A stretch of DNA of 32,467 nt from an uncultured Enterobacterales bacterium (GTDB lineage Bacteria; Myxococcota_A; UBA796; UBA2385). Shown here one piece after another: positions 20,275 to 29,261 of this stretch; the stretch's first letter is position 1, and the number at the start of each line of letters is the position of its first letter. A model generated the notes under the pieces. That model saw only the letters and a program-made list of their open reading frames with translations, searched no databases and was not told the DNA's origin. A program made the translations under genes and the position numbers. The stretch lies in contig CAZCUX010000029.1 in the NCBI GenBank assembly GCA_964502005.1, positions 1 to 32,467 on the forward strand, read 5' to 3'.

Positions 20275-21270
20275 ATGCGGGGCAGCCGCATCGCGGGACT
20301 GGGTCACTTCGTACCCGAACGCGTTGTCACCAATGCCGACTTGGCCGAGCAAATGGAAACCAGCGACGACTGGATTCGACAGCGCACGGGCATCGAAGAA
20401 CGGCGCTGGGTCGAAGGCAACGTCGGCGCCTCGGATCTTGCTCTGCCCGCGGCCCAACAAGCCTTGGCCGAAGCAGGCGTCGCGGCGTCCGACCTCGACA
20501 TGATTGTCTTCGCGACTCTGTCTCCAGACATCAACTTCCCCGGCTCATCATGCTTGCTGCAAGCAAAGCTGGGCGTGCCGGGCATCGCGACCCTCGACAT
20601 TCGCAACCAATGCACCGGCTTCGTCTACTCCTTGGCCGTCGCCGACCAATTCATTCGCACCGGCATGATGCAGCGCATCCTCGTGGTCGGAAGCGAGGTC
20701 CACAGCAGCGGCCTCGATATCTCCACCCGTGGCCGCGATGTCGCCGTGCTCTTCGGCGACGGAGCCGGCGCCGCCGTCGTCACCGCCACCGACGACCCCC
20801 AGCGCCGCATCCTCGGCCACAAGCTCCACGCCGATGGCTCCCAGCACGATATTCTGATGGTGCGGGCGCCGGCCAGCGCCCAAAATCCGCGCCTGACCCA
20901 CGAAATGCTCGACAACGGCGACCACTTCCCAAAAATGAATGGTCGTTCAGTGTTTCGCGCAGCGGCCACGCGCTTCCCAGAAGTCATCGTCGAAGTGTTG
21001 GCTGAACACGGCTACACCCCCGACGACATCAACCTCCTCATTCCGCATCAGGCCAACCTTCGCATCAGCGAACTGGTGGCCAGAAGCCTCAACCTCGGCC
21101 CCGACCGCGTCTTCAACAACATTCAGCGTTACGGAAACACGACCGCCGCGTCGATTCCGATTGCGTTGCATGAAGCGGCCCAGGCGGGACGAATATCAGA
21201 AGGTGACCTCGTGGTGCTTGCTGCATTTGGCGCAGGCCTCACGTGGGGTGCCACCCTCCTTCGCTGGTAG
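20275..21270 (+). CDS. fabH: 3-oxoacyl-ACP synthase III (KAS III, FabH family)
   Basis: RIAGLGHFVPERVVTNADLAE...SDDWIRQRTGI. Active-site Cys context NQCTGFVYSL. C-terminal His/Asn region (LIPHQANLRI, AFGAGLTWGA). GAGGAGG lies 4 nt before ATG 20275. Confidence 0.8.
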   Translation: MRGSRIAGLGHFVPERVVTNADLAEQMETSDDWIRQRTGIEERRWVEGNVGASDLALPAAQQALAEAGVAASDLDMIVFATLSPDINFPGSSCLLQAKLGVPGIATLDIRNQCTGFVYSLAVADQFIRTGMMQRILVVGSEVHSSGLDISTRGRDVAVLFGDGAGAAVVTATDDPQRRILGHKLHADGSQHDILMVRAPASAQNPRLTHEMLDNGDHFPKMNGRSVFRAAATRFPEVIVEVLAEHGYTPDDINLLIPHQANLRISELVARSLNLGPDRVFNNIQRYGNTTAASIPIALHEAAQAGRISEGDLVVLAAFGAGLTWGATLLRW

Positions 21271-21278
21271 GAACCGCC

Positions 21279-22232
21279 GTGGATGTCCGAAAGCTGCTCA
21301 ACAGCCGCCTGATTCTCGTGACCGGCAAAGGCGGAACCGGAAAAACCACCGTGTCGGCCGCGATTGGCCGCCTCTCCGCCGAACGGGGAGCGCGCACAAT
21401 TGTGGCCGAGGTCGACACCTTCCGGCCCGCATTGACCCCCATGTTGGGCGTCACCCCGAGCTACGAGCCCCAAACCGCCGCGCCACGGCTCGATGTCTGC
21501 AATGTCGTGTGGCGGGATGCGCTCGTTGAATGGTTGCGCTCCCACGTTCCGGGCGAGCGGGTCTTGCGGAAAATCCTCGACAACAAGCTCGTACAAACGT
21601 TCCTCGATGCCACTCCTGGCGTTCGGGAAACCGTCATCTTGAGCCGCATCGTGACGCTGCTCGACCGCTATGACCGCGTGGTCGTCGACATGCCGGCGAG
21701 CGGTCACGCCATCAGCTTGCTGGGTGTGCCCAACGTCGCCATCGGCCTCATGCGCGGCGGACCCATCCGCGAACGCGCCGAGACCGTCCTGCGGGTGCTC
21801 TCGTCGCCATCTACGGCCCTCGTCATCGTCGGCCTGCCCGAAGAAATGGTCGTCAACGAGACCGTCGAACTCTGGGAGCGCCTCCGCAAAGAAGTGCCCA
21901 GCCTGCAATCGCCGCTGGTGGTGCTCAATCGCGCCGCCCTCCCCAGTCTGAGCGAAGAAGAGCGCGCGCTCCTCGCGCGATTGGAGTCCGAACCCTCCAT
22001 GAGCGCAGCCCAGCAGGAATTGGTGCGCGCGGGCCGCTGGGAGGCCTCCCTCGAAGCCGCGACCGCATCGGCACTCGAACGCCTGGACTCGGAGCTACGC
22101 TTGCCTGTGGTGTCCGTGGCACGTCTGGGTGCGCTCGGCGGCTTCGATGGTGGACCCGCCCGCATCGTGCAACAAGTCTCCGCCACCTTGGCCCGCGCAG
22201 AGCTGGCCGCAGCGCAGGAGCAGGGTCGATGA
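21279..22232 (+). CDS. ArsA/Get3-family P-loop ATPase, paralog 1
   Basis: Deviant Walker A LVTGKGGTGKTTVSAAIG. ArsA-type switch DMPASGHA. GTG 21279 sits just after the fabH stop. An in-frame ATG at 21243 would overlap fabH. Confidence 0.7.
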   Translation: MDVRKLLNSRLILVTGKGGTGKTTVSAAIGRLSAERGARTIVAEVDTFRPALTPMLGVTPSYEPQTAAPRLDVCNVVWRDALVEWLRSHVPGERVLRKILDNKLVQTFLDATPGVRETVILSRIVTLLDRYDRVVVDMPASGHAISLLGVPNVAIGLMRGGPIRERAETVLRVLSSPSTALVIVGLPEEMVVNETVELWERLRKEVPSLQSPLVVLNRAALPSLSEEERALLARLESEPSMSAAQQELVRAGRWEASLEAATASALERLDSELRLPVVSVARLGALGGFDGGPARIVQQVSATLARAELAAAQEQGR

Positions 22233-23401
22233 GCCACCTCGAAGCCTTCACCCAAGGGCCCCCGCTCGACCGACTCATCGACGACCGCAAGCTGGTTGTC
22301 TGTGTAGGGTCGGGTGGCGTTGGAAAGACCACCACCGCAGCGTCGATTGCGCTGCAAGCCGCGATTCGCGGGCGCAAGGTGCTGGTGCTCACCATCGACC
22401 CCGCGCGTCGTTTGGCCAACTCGCTGGGCTTGTCCCGCTTTGGAAACGACGAAACCCGCATCGACCTCTCGAGCCTGCCGCACGCCAAAGGCGAGCTGTG
22501 GGCCATGATGCTCGACAACCAAAAGACCTTCGATGACCTCATCCGGCGAATTGCGCCGAGTCCCGAGCAGCGGGATGCGATCCTCAACAACCGCATCTAT
22601 CGGGCGACAGCAGACAATATTTCTGGAAGCCAAGACTATATGGCCACGGAAAAATTGTTTGATGTGGTAGAGAGCGGTCGCTACGAATTGGTCGTTCTCG
22701 ACACGCCTCCTGTCAAAAATGCCCTCGACTTCCTCGAAGCACCAGGTCGTCTCGCTCGATTCCTTGACAAACGGGTGATGAAGTGGTTTCTTTCACCCTA
22801 TGACAAAGAGCGGGTGTTTGGTCGCTTGCTCACCGGCACGAGCGCGGTGGTGTTCCGCTTGCTGTCGTATGTCTTCGGACGCGAGTTTTTGGACGACCTC
22901 GCCGAGTACTTTCAGCACTTCCGCGACTTGTACGATGGCTTCCGTGAGCGCCAAGAGTCCGTGGTGCAGATGTTCCACGACCACCGGCGCACGTCGTTCT
23001 TCATCGTCTGCGCGCCCAATGGCCCGTCACTTGAGGTCGCGCGCTTCTTTCTCGATGAGCTGCAGCTGCGGAAGATGCCCAATCCAGGCGTCATCATCAA
23101 CCAGCGTCACCTCACCTTGGGCCAAGCCCTCGACGCGCGCGAGCAGCTTGCGCCGTCGATCGACTCCCTCGGCCACGACGTCTCCGAAGGAGCGCGGGCA
23201 TCGTTGCTGGCCCGCCTTGGCGCGTCCCATAAGCGCTTGCTGCGGTTGTCGCAGATTGAAAGTGGTCTGGTGACCGAGCTTCTCAAGGCGCTGCGTCCCG
23301 ACCAAGTGAGCTGGCAGATCCCGCGGCTCGAAGACGAAGTCAACGACCTAAACGGTCTGTCCCAAGTGGGGGGGCATTTGTTTTCGACGCCGCGAGACTG
23401 A
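22229..23401 (+). CDS. ArsA/Get3-family P-loop ATPase, paralog 2 (divergent switch region)
   Basis: Walker A VCVGSGGVGKTTTAAS. Switch-II-like VVLDTPPVKNALDFL lacks the canonical GH. Start ATGA overlaps the stop of paralog 1, implying translational coupling. Confidence 0.7.
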   Translation: MSHLEAFTQGPPLDRLIDDRKLVVCVGSGGVGKTTTAASIALQAAIRGRKVLVLTIDPARRLANSLGLSRFGNDETRIDLSSLPHAKGELWAMMLDNQKTFDDLIRRIAPSPEQRDAILNNRIYRATADNISGSQDYMATEKLFDVVESGRYELVVLDTPPVKNALDFLEAPGRLARFLDKRVMKWFLSPYDKERVFGRLLTGTSAVVFRLLSYVFGREFLDDLAEYFQHFRDLYDGFRERQESVVQMFHDHRRTSFFIVCAPNGPSLEVARFFLDELQLRKMPNPGVIINQRHLTLGQALDAREQLAPSIDSLGHDVSEGARASLLARLGASHKRLLRLSQIESGLVTELLKALRPDQVSWQIPRLEDEVNDLNGLSQVGGHLFSTPRD

Positions 23402-23409
23402 ATGATGAT

Positions 23410-25014
23410 TCAGTGGGCGGCGGGGGCGTAGGCCCAACGAATGGCGCGGATGAGATTGCTGCGGGTAGGCGCCGCGAGGTCAACCTCGACGACACCCAGC
23501 GTTGCGGGGAAGTCGCGGCGGGCGGAGTCGGCTTGGGCCGCGGTTCCCACGAGGCAGATGTCCCAGCGGGGTTCGCGCGCATTCATTTGCCGTGCCGTGT
23601 CACAGCTTGTGGCAGTCGTGATGTCGGAGACCTCGGGGATGAGCTCGATGAGTCGCCGGTCGATGCGGGGGTCTTCGCTCACCACCAACAAGCGCAAGGA
23701 GCTGGGCAATGGCATGGTGTCATCGGGGGCGGGCTGCCAAATGCCGTGGAGGGTCACCCGCATGGTTGTACCGGCGCCCTCGGCGCTCTGGACATGAATC
23801 GTGCCCCCCATGTCTTCGAGGTAGCAGCGAACCAAGTACAGGCCCAGTCCATCTCCACGACCACCACGGCGGGTTGTGAAAAAGGGCTCAAATATTCGGG
23901 CTTGCACCGATTCGGACATGCCCGCGCCGTTGTCTTCTACCTCCATCCACGGGCAGCCTTGGGGGTCTGTGCCGGTCCGCAGGATGATTTTTCCACCAGT
24001 TTCGGGACATGCGCGAACCGCGTTTTGCACCAAGTTGGTCAGAACCTGCTCTAGCCGCAACGCCGCCGCATGGGCGAGGGGCACCGCCGACAGCTCCGTT
24101 TGCACTTCAACGCCGTCGGGGAGGGTGGGCTGCATGATGTGGAGCACCCGCTCTGCAACTTGGAGAACAGAAACCAACCGCACCGCCTCCCGCGATGGCC
24201 GCGCAATGGCCGAGAGGTCCTCGGAGATTCGCGCGATGCGGTGCAGCGCCATGCCGATTTCAGAGGTGATTTGCTCGATGCTTGGATTCTCGGCGAGGAC
24301 AGGCCCAAGAGTTTCGGTGAGGGTGTCGAGGCTGATGCTCGCGCACGTGAGCGGTGTGTTGACCTCGTGCGCGACACCCGCCATCAACACGCCCACTTCG
24401 GCAAGGCGAGACGTTCGGTCCACCTTCTCTTGCAGCTCTTGCTCTTGCTCGGTGTCGGCGATGATTGCCACCACCCACTCCACGGCGCCTTGCGCGTCGA
24501 AGACAGGAAGTAGACTCACGGCCGGCCACATCGTCTCTGCGGGGGCCTGGTCGTTGTTCGCCACCGAATAGCGCAAGCGGCGCGCCGGCACATGGGTGAC
24601 CTTGCCTTCTGCTGCCGCGGAGAATGCGTCCACCGCGCCCAAAGCGCGGGTCATCGGGTGGGTACGTATATCCTCGATGCCTTCGGCCACAAAGTCAATG
24701 GAACGTAGATTTCGGCGTCGGGTAAGGTTGGGAATCGACCAGATAGGGCGGCCGGCGGGAGAAAAAACATGCACCCCGAATGGGCCATGCTCGAACACCT
24801 GCGCGAGCATACGGGAGTGGGGGTGGGATGCGTGCGCCTTGCGCCAGGTTTGCACGGACCACGCCATCGTGGCGATGATGCCGAAAACTGATGCCCATGC
24901 GTGCTTTCCGAAAAACAGAAGCAGTCCGATAAGCCCGCCCAGCGCGAGGGAAACGCCGATTTCCGTCCACAAGGACCGGGTATTGACTCCAGCGGAACCG
25001 ATCGATGTAGACAT
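23410..25014 (-). CDS. Membrane-anchored PAS sensor histidine kinase with a C-terminal receiver-like domain (hybrid kinase; the receiver may be degenerate)
   Basis: Two N-terminal TM helices. PAS-like region. HisKA H-box AHEVNTPL. HATPase_c motifs EVEDNGAGM...GRGDGLGLYLV. C-terminal LRLLVVSEDP...WDICLV receiver-like tail. Confidence 0.75.
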   Translation of the reverse strand: MSTSIGSAGVNTRSLWTEIGVSLALGGLIGLLLFFGKHAWASVFGIIATMAWSVQTWRKAHASHPHSRMLAQVFEHGPFGVHVFSPAGRPIWSIPNLTRRRNLRSIDFVAEGIEDIRTHPMTRALGAVDAFSAAAEGKVTHVPARRLRYSVANNDQAPAETMWPAVSLLPVFDAQGAVEWVVAIIADTEQEQELQEKVDRTSRLAEVGVLMAGVAHEVNTPLTCASISLDTLTETLGPVLAENPSIEQITSEIGMALHRIARISEDLSAIARPSREAVRLVSVLQVAERVLHIMQPTLPDGVEVQTELSAVPLAHAAALRLEQVLTNLVQNAVRACPETGGKIILRTGTDPQGCPWMEVEDNGAGMSESVQARIFEPFFTTRRGGRGDGLGLYLVRCYLEDMGGTIHVQSAEGAGTTMRVTLHGIWQPAPDDTMPLPSSLRLLVVSEDPRIDRRLIELIPEVSDITTATSCDTARQMNAREPRWDICLVGTAAQADSARRDFPATLGVVEVDLAAPTRSNLIRAIRWAYAPAAH

Positions 25015-25225
25015 GACGCCTCGTTGGAAGTTGCCCCGAAAGGGCTAGACGACTGCTCTATGCTTTACCCATTGCATGGCACCCGCAACGAAATATTCCG
25101 GGCTCGTATCGACGAACCGCGGTTCGCTACAAACAGATACCCGCATGTGGGGTTCAGAGACGATATGCTGCACGAGAGTGCGGCGGACCCTACGCCGTTG
25201 AACCATTGTTGCGTTGGAGTGGACC

Positions 25226-25828
25226 ATGCGTGCGCTGGCTGCCGGAACGACTGCGCTTGTCATCAGCACCTCATTCCTGACCACACCCGCGCATGCGGGT
25301 CGGATGCCGTTGGATGCCCAAAACCGACTTCATGCGGGGGTGTCGCTGACCGACACCACGTTGGGCGCAGGCGGTGTGTTCGGTATGGACTCCCGCCTCA
25401 CACGCCTCGTGTTTGTCGACATTGGTGTGTTCTACACGCCCGGCAACGAGTCCTACGACCCCAACATCGACGCACGCAACGACGATCCCCGCGATTGGTA
25501 CACCCTGCGCCACGGAATTTATGCCGCGCCCGGCCTCCGTATTCCGCACCGTTATAGCGATGGCATCAACTGGGATGTCGTGGGTCGCGCGGGCTTTGCA
25601 GCCGTCTGGGTTTCGGACGTCTCGCAGTCCCTCATCCCCGCAGACAAGGCGTTTGTTTATAGCGAGCCGTCCTTGCTCGTGGGCGCGGATGCGCTCATTC
25701 GCTGGGATCACGTTGGCTTGCGGGTTTCCGGAAAGGCCTATGGTTGGACAACCGTTTCGCCAGTCGCCCGTACCGAAGTGAATGTGGTTCGTCCCCAGTT
25801 TACCGTCGAAGGCGTTTACCAGTTTTGA
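25226..25828 (+). CDS. Small outer-membrane beta-barrel protein (OmpW/OmpA-like), hypothetical
   Basis: Signal peptide MRALAAGTTALVISTSFLTTPAHA. Alternating amphipathic strands. C-terminal aromatic end ...VEGVYQF typical of an OMP beta-signal. GGAG before ATG 25226. The track starts at TTG 25214. Confidence 0.5.
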   Translation: MRALAAGTTALVISTSFLTTPAHAGRMPLDAQNRLHAGVSLTDTTLGAGGVFGMDSRLTRLVFVDIGVFYTPGNESYDPNIDARNDDPRDWYTLRHGIYAAPGLRIPHRYSDGINWDVVGRAGFAAVWVSDVSQSLIPADKAFVYSEPSLLVGADALIRWDHVGLRVSGKAYGWTTVSPVARTEVNVVRPQFTVEGVYQF

Positions 25829-25951
25829 GGGGAAGACCGGTCGGTCGCCATTTGGTTGAACGCGGATCTGCTACGAAAAAATACAAGTAATTTCCGTTCA
25901 GACCACACGAAAATGTCGTAATAATCGCATTGTTTGTCGGTTTGAGTTCTA

Positions 25952-25980
25952 CTTGTTGACTGGTCGGTTCTGTCGTATCC
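25952..25980 (+). promoter_or_regulatory. Possible sigma70-type promoter for the cNMP-binding/esterase pair
   Basis: TTGTTG(ACT), a 17-nt spacer, then TATCCT, in an unusually AT-rich 270-bp spacer (25829-26101). Confidence 0.2.
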
Positions 25981-26101
25981 TATCACCCTCTTGGGCCGTG
26001 CTTCGTGCTGCTGTATGGCAAAGAATAGGATTCTGTTGGGACAGCCTTCAGATTTTTCTCTCGTTTCCCGAACGTAGGAGAAAGGCAACTGAGAGGGCCA
26101 C

Positions 26102-26581
26102 GTGACCACCCACCCGCACTCCGCACTCTACTGTCTCGATGATGTCGTCGACGCATTGTCCGACGCCGCGCGCGACACATTGCACGCCTGTTTGTCGCGA
26201 AAGGAATACAAACGAGGGGATGTGCTCTATTGGCGAAACAGCGCGCGGGCGCGCACTTGGTTCATCGCGTCCGGCGAGGTCTCTGTCTGGCGCGAAGAGC
26301 AAGACGGCGAGCAAGAGCTGCTTCGGTTTGCGGGTCCGGGGGACGTGCTGTCTCCCGAAGGGTTCTTGGCCCATTCGCCGTATGCGCGAAGCCTATTGGC
26401 AGAAGAAGATTCTATTGTGTTTGAGCTGACAAAAGAGGGCTTTTGCCTGCTCACGGCACTCGATGCGCGCACGGCCTCTGATGTGTTGTCGATGTTGGGA
26501 CTCCTGGCCCTCGACCACCCGGATTCGGTTGCGCCCGAAGTCGAACCTTCGTGGTTAGACCGCACCGCCAACTGGCGATAA
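26102..26581 (+). CDS. Stand-alone cyclic-nucleotide-binding (CAP/Crp effector-domain) protein without an HTH
   Basis: GTG start with GAGAGGG upstream. cNMP-domain pattern KRGDVLYWRNSARARTWFIASGEVSV...GPGDVLSPEGFL...ARSLLAEEDSIVFEL. Only 159 aa, with no DNA-binding domain. Confidence 0.65.
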   Translation: MTTHPHSALYCLDDVVDALSDAARDTLHACLSRKEYKRGDVLYWRNSARARTWFIASGEVSVWREEQDGEQELLRFAGPGDVLSPEGFLAHSPYARSLLAEEDSIVFELTKEGFCLLTALDARTASDVLSMLGLLALDHPDSVAPEVEPSWLDRTANWR

Positions 26582-26604
26582 ACGTAGGTCTCCCAGGAGA
26601 CTCC

Positions 26605-27447
26605 GTGAACGCCCCGCGCCATTCCCGCTTGCTTCGCCTCAATAGCCGCCACCTTGAACGCCCGGTCCACTTGTGGTGCCACGGCTGGTGGGGGCGTCCG
26701 GTCCTCGTGATTCCTTCTGCATCGGGCATGGCCCACGAGTGGCAGCTTGGCGGGGCCATCGAAGCCCTCCAGCCATGGATTGATGCCGGAGCCATCAAGC
26801 TCTATTGCGTCGAGACCAACGTGAGCCGAAGCTGGCTCGCCGACGGCCCGGCCCATTACCGCTTCGCACGTCACCTGCGCTGGACTCGGTTTGTGCAAGA
26901 CGAGCTGCTGTCGTTTATCGACGACGACCTCGGCACACCTGGGATGCCCATCATCACCGCCGGCGCCAGCTTTGGTGCGGTGCTGGCGCTCAATCTCGCC
27001 CTCCAGCACCCGGAGCGGTTCCCCCAGGCGCTATGTCTGAGTGGTCGCTTCGAGCTGGGCGGATTTTTGGACGACTCCCCGGCCCCCGACGCCGATTGGT
27101 CGGACATCGCGGACGAAGCCAACCGACAATTTCCGAGCCGGCGGCAGTTTTTGGAAGCCGCTTGGTTCGCACAGCCGCTCGCCCATGTGCCCGGCCTCCA
27201 CGGCGCCGACTTCGAGCGGGTGCGCTCGCGCTTCTCCGCCACGCTCGTCGTGGGCCAAGGGGCCTACGAGGGCCGCTGCTTGCCCGAGACCCTCCACATG
27301 GCTTCGGTGCTGCGCCGAAAGGGCCTCGACGCGACGCTTGACGTGTGGGGGACCGACGTGAGCCACGAGTGGGTGTGGTGGCGCCGGCAGTTGGTGTGGC
27401 ACTTGCCGCGAATGGTGGCCGCGCAAGCCGCGCGCCGGGCGGGGTAG
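26605..27447 (+). CDS. Esterase-family alpha/beta hydrolase (esterase D / enterochelin-esterase-like)
   Basis: Nucleophile-elbow pentapeptide GASFG (GxSxG). Esterase-family spacing (HLWCHGWWGRP...ITAGASFGAVLALNLALQHPERF). GTG 26605 has AGGAGA 5 nt upstream. The track start at 26551 overlaps the preceding gene. Confidence 0.65.
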   Translation: MNAPRHSRLLRLNSRHLERPVHLWCHGWWGRPVLVIPSASGMAHEWQLGGAIEALQPWIDAGAIKLYCVETNVSRSWLADGPAHYRFARHLRWTRFVQDELLSFIDDDLGTPGMPIITAGASFGAVLALNLALQHPERFPQALCLSGRFELGGFLDDSPAPDADWSDIADEANRQFPSRRQFLEAAWFAQPLAHVPGLHGADFERVRSRFSATLVVGQGAYEGRCLPETLHMASVLRRKGLDATLDVWGTDVSHEWVWWRRQLVWHLPRMVAAQAARRAG

Positions 27448-27503
27448 TTCGACGGGGCGAACCGCGCCCCCGCCGAAGACTCTCCGCCGAAGTCTCTCCG
27501 CCG

Positions 27504-27533
27504 AAAAAAAAAGCCCGCTCGGGTGGAGCGGGC
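27504..27533 (-). terminator. Rho-independent terminator downstream of the TSP3/OmpA lipoprotein gene
   Basis: Minus-strand reading: GCCCGCTC / GAGCGGGC stem with loop CCACCC, then T9. Lies about 20 nt after the stop at 27555. Confidence 0.65.
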
Positions 27534-27554
27534 GATTCGACGAAGTTCCCCCGA

Positions 27555-28622
27555 CTATTTGTCGGTAATGTGGAACTCGACGCGGCGGTTGTTGGCCCGA
27601 CCTTCGGCGGTGCGGTTGGTGTCGATGGGCTTCTCTTCGCCGAAGCCTTCCGGCGCCATACGTCCGCCTTGGATGCCTTGGCCCACGAGGTAGTCGAACA
27701 CGGCCTGGGCGCGCTCTTGGCTCAGCTTCTTGTTGAGCGTGTCGCTGCCTTGGCTGTCGGTGTGGCCTTCGATGCGCACCTTGATGGACGGGTAGTCGCG
27801 GAGAACTTGCGCGACGCTGTTCAAGATGGAGTACGACTCAGGCAGGATGCGGCTCCGGCCGGTTTGGAAGAGCACGCGCTCCTGAATCTCGATTCGGTCG
27901 GCGGTGACGCGTACGTTCTCCGGCTTGACGTCGGGACAGCCGTCTTCGTCGAGGTACTCGTTCACGTTTTCTGGTTCGTCGGGGCACTTGTCGGCGTAGT
28001 CGAAGATGCCGTCGAGGTCGCGGTCGGCGTTGCCTTCGGGACAGCCGTCTTCGTCTTTGTAGCCGTTCAAGTCTTCCGGCTCGTTCGGGCACTTGTCGGC
28101 GATGTCGAGCAAGCCGTCGCCATCGTTGTCGGTGTCCGGGCAGCCGTCGTCGTCTTGCCAGTTGTCGGGGTCTTCCCGTTCGGTGGGACACTTATCGGCA
28201 TCGTCGAAGACGCCGTCGTTGTCACCATCTTTTTCGGGACAGCCATCGGTGTCTTTGTAGCCGTTGACCAACTCGGCTTCTTGGGGACAAGCATCGAGGT
28301 GGTCTTCGATTCCGTCTCCGTCGGCGTCTTTGGGACGGCATTGGTCCGCGCGTTGGAGCGCAATCACCATATTTTCGCGGGCGATGCTCAGGTGGCGCTC
28401 GGCTTCCCGAGGGTCACCTTGTTCGAACTCGAGTGTGGCGAAACCATGGTGGGTTTCGGCCATTGCAAGTTCGCGCGGCGCGCATTGCATTGCCCATTTG
28501 TCGGACTGTGCAAACGCGAGATCGCGTGCAAGCTCGCTGTCCCAATCTTGGATGGGCGCAGGCTTCGCGCAGCCCGAGAGGAGAACGGCAAGGAGAACCG
28601 TTACGCGGCAGGTCGTCGTCAC
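27555..28622 (-). CDS. OmpA-family lipoprotein with thrombospondin type-3 (Ca-binding) repeats
   Basis: GTG start with GAGGGGG upstream. Lipobox LLSGC. Several DxDxDGxxDxxDxCP TSP3 repeats. C-terminal OmpA_C domain (ILFQTGRSRILPESY..., RIEGHTDSQGS, NxxLSQERAQAV, NRRVEF). Confidence 0.8.
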   Translation of the reverse strand: MTTTCRVTVLLAVLLSGCAKPAPIQDWDSELARDLAFAQSDKWAMQCAPRELAMAETHHGFATLEFEQGDPREAERHLSIARENMVIALQRADQCRPKDADGDGIEDHLDACPQEAELVNGYKDTDGCPEKDGDNDGVFDDADKCPTEREDPDNWQDDDGCPDTDNDGDGLLDIADKCPNEPEDLNGYKDEDGCPEGNADRDLDGIFDYADKCPDEPENVNEYLDEDGCPDVKPENVRVTADRIEIQERVLFQTGRSRILPESYSILNSVAQVLRDYPSIKVRIEGHTDSQGSDTLNKKLSQERAQAVFDYLVGQGIQGGRMAPEGFGEEKPIDTNRTAEGRANNRRVEFHITDK

Positions 28623-28631
28623 GGTACCCCC

Positions 28632-29039
28632 TCACCCGCCCCAAGGGGTGGACGTGGTGTTGGACGGTGAAGCATCGGGTGGAGGAGCTTCGGTGGTGGG
28701 CTTGAGGGCCTCGGGGTCGACCGCAGTAGGCAATTCGCGCATCTGACCGGGAACAATGCCTTTGGCTTTGTTCTCTTGGGCGCGCTCTGCGGCACGCTCC
28801 GCCAGCTCTGCGGCCTCGATGGCCAACTGCTCTGCTGCGCCGAAATCGGCGTAGGACCACTCTTCCCGGCTCTTTTTCATGGTTTCGTTCGCACGGGTCC
28901 ACATGTACGGCGCCCAGGTTTCCGCATCGACGATGCGTGCCTGGTAGAGCGATTGCTCGGCCTGCGCGAAGTAGACCGTGCTCTTGGTTGCGGTACAACC
29001 CGTGGTCACGCCCATCCACAACGCCGCAACGACGAGCAT
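28632..29039 (-). CDS. Small putative lipoprotein, hypothetical
   Basis: MLVVAALWMGVTTGC lipobox-like signal from ATG 29039, followed by a charged coiled-coil-like region. Ends 9 nt before the next gene. The track ORF extends to 29156 (alternative ATG at 29105). Confidence 0.45.
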   Translation of the reverse strand: MLVVAALWMGVTTGCTATKSTVYFAQAEQSLYQARIVDAETWAPYMWTRANETMKKSREEWSYADFGAAEQLAIEAAELAERAAERAQENKAKGIVPGQMRELPTAVDPEALKPTTEAPPPDASPSNTTSTPWGG

Positions 29040-29261
29040 TTTCGGCACGTATTGCGAATTGGGGGAGCTGCGATGTGGGGCAAGGAGATCGCTGAAGGAC
29101 GTCATGGAGCATCCTGAGTCCGGGCATGGTGCCGGAACCGGCCTCGTAGCTGGCAAACGGGATTCCCGCCAACCGCAATCATCGATCCATGGTCAGGTTT
29201 CGATTGTCAATCGCTGCGGCTGCAACGGTGGTGGTGGGGAGGATTCCCATCGGTCGGCCCT

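Noticed and set aside
21129-22633. 259-aa and 309-aa minus-strand ORFs
   Set aside because: Antisense to the ArsA-like genes.
25829-26101. Tiny ORF (MAKNRILLGQPSDFSLVSRT, about 20 aa) in the AT-rich spacer
   Set aside because: No Shine-Dalgarno and no conservation evidence. More likely promoter or leader sequence.
27470-27503. Two and a half copies of a 14-nt direct repeat CGCCGAAG(A/T)CTCTC before the terminator
   Set aside because: Too short and isolated to call a functional repeat. Possibly a slippage duplication next to the terminator.
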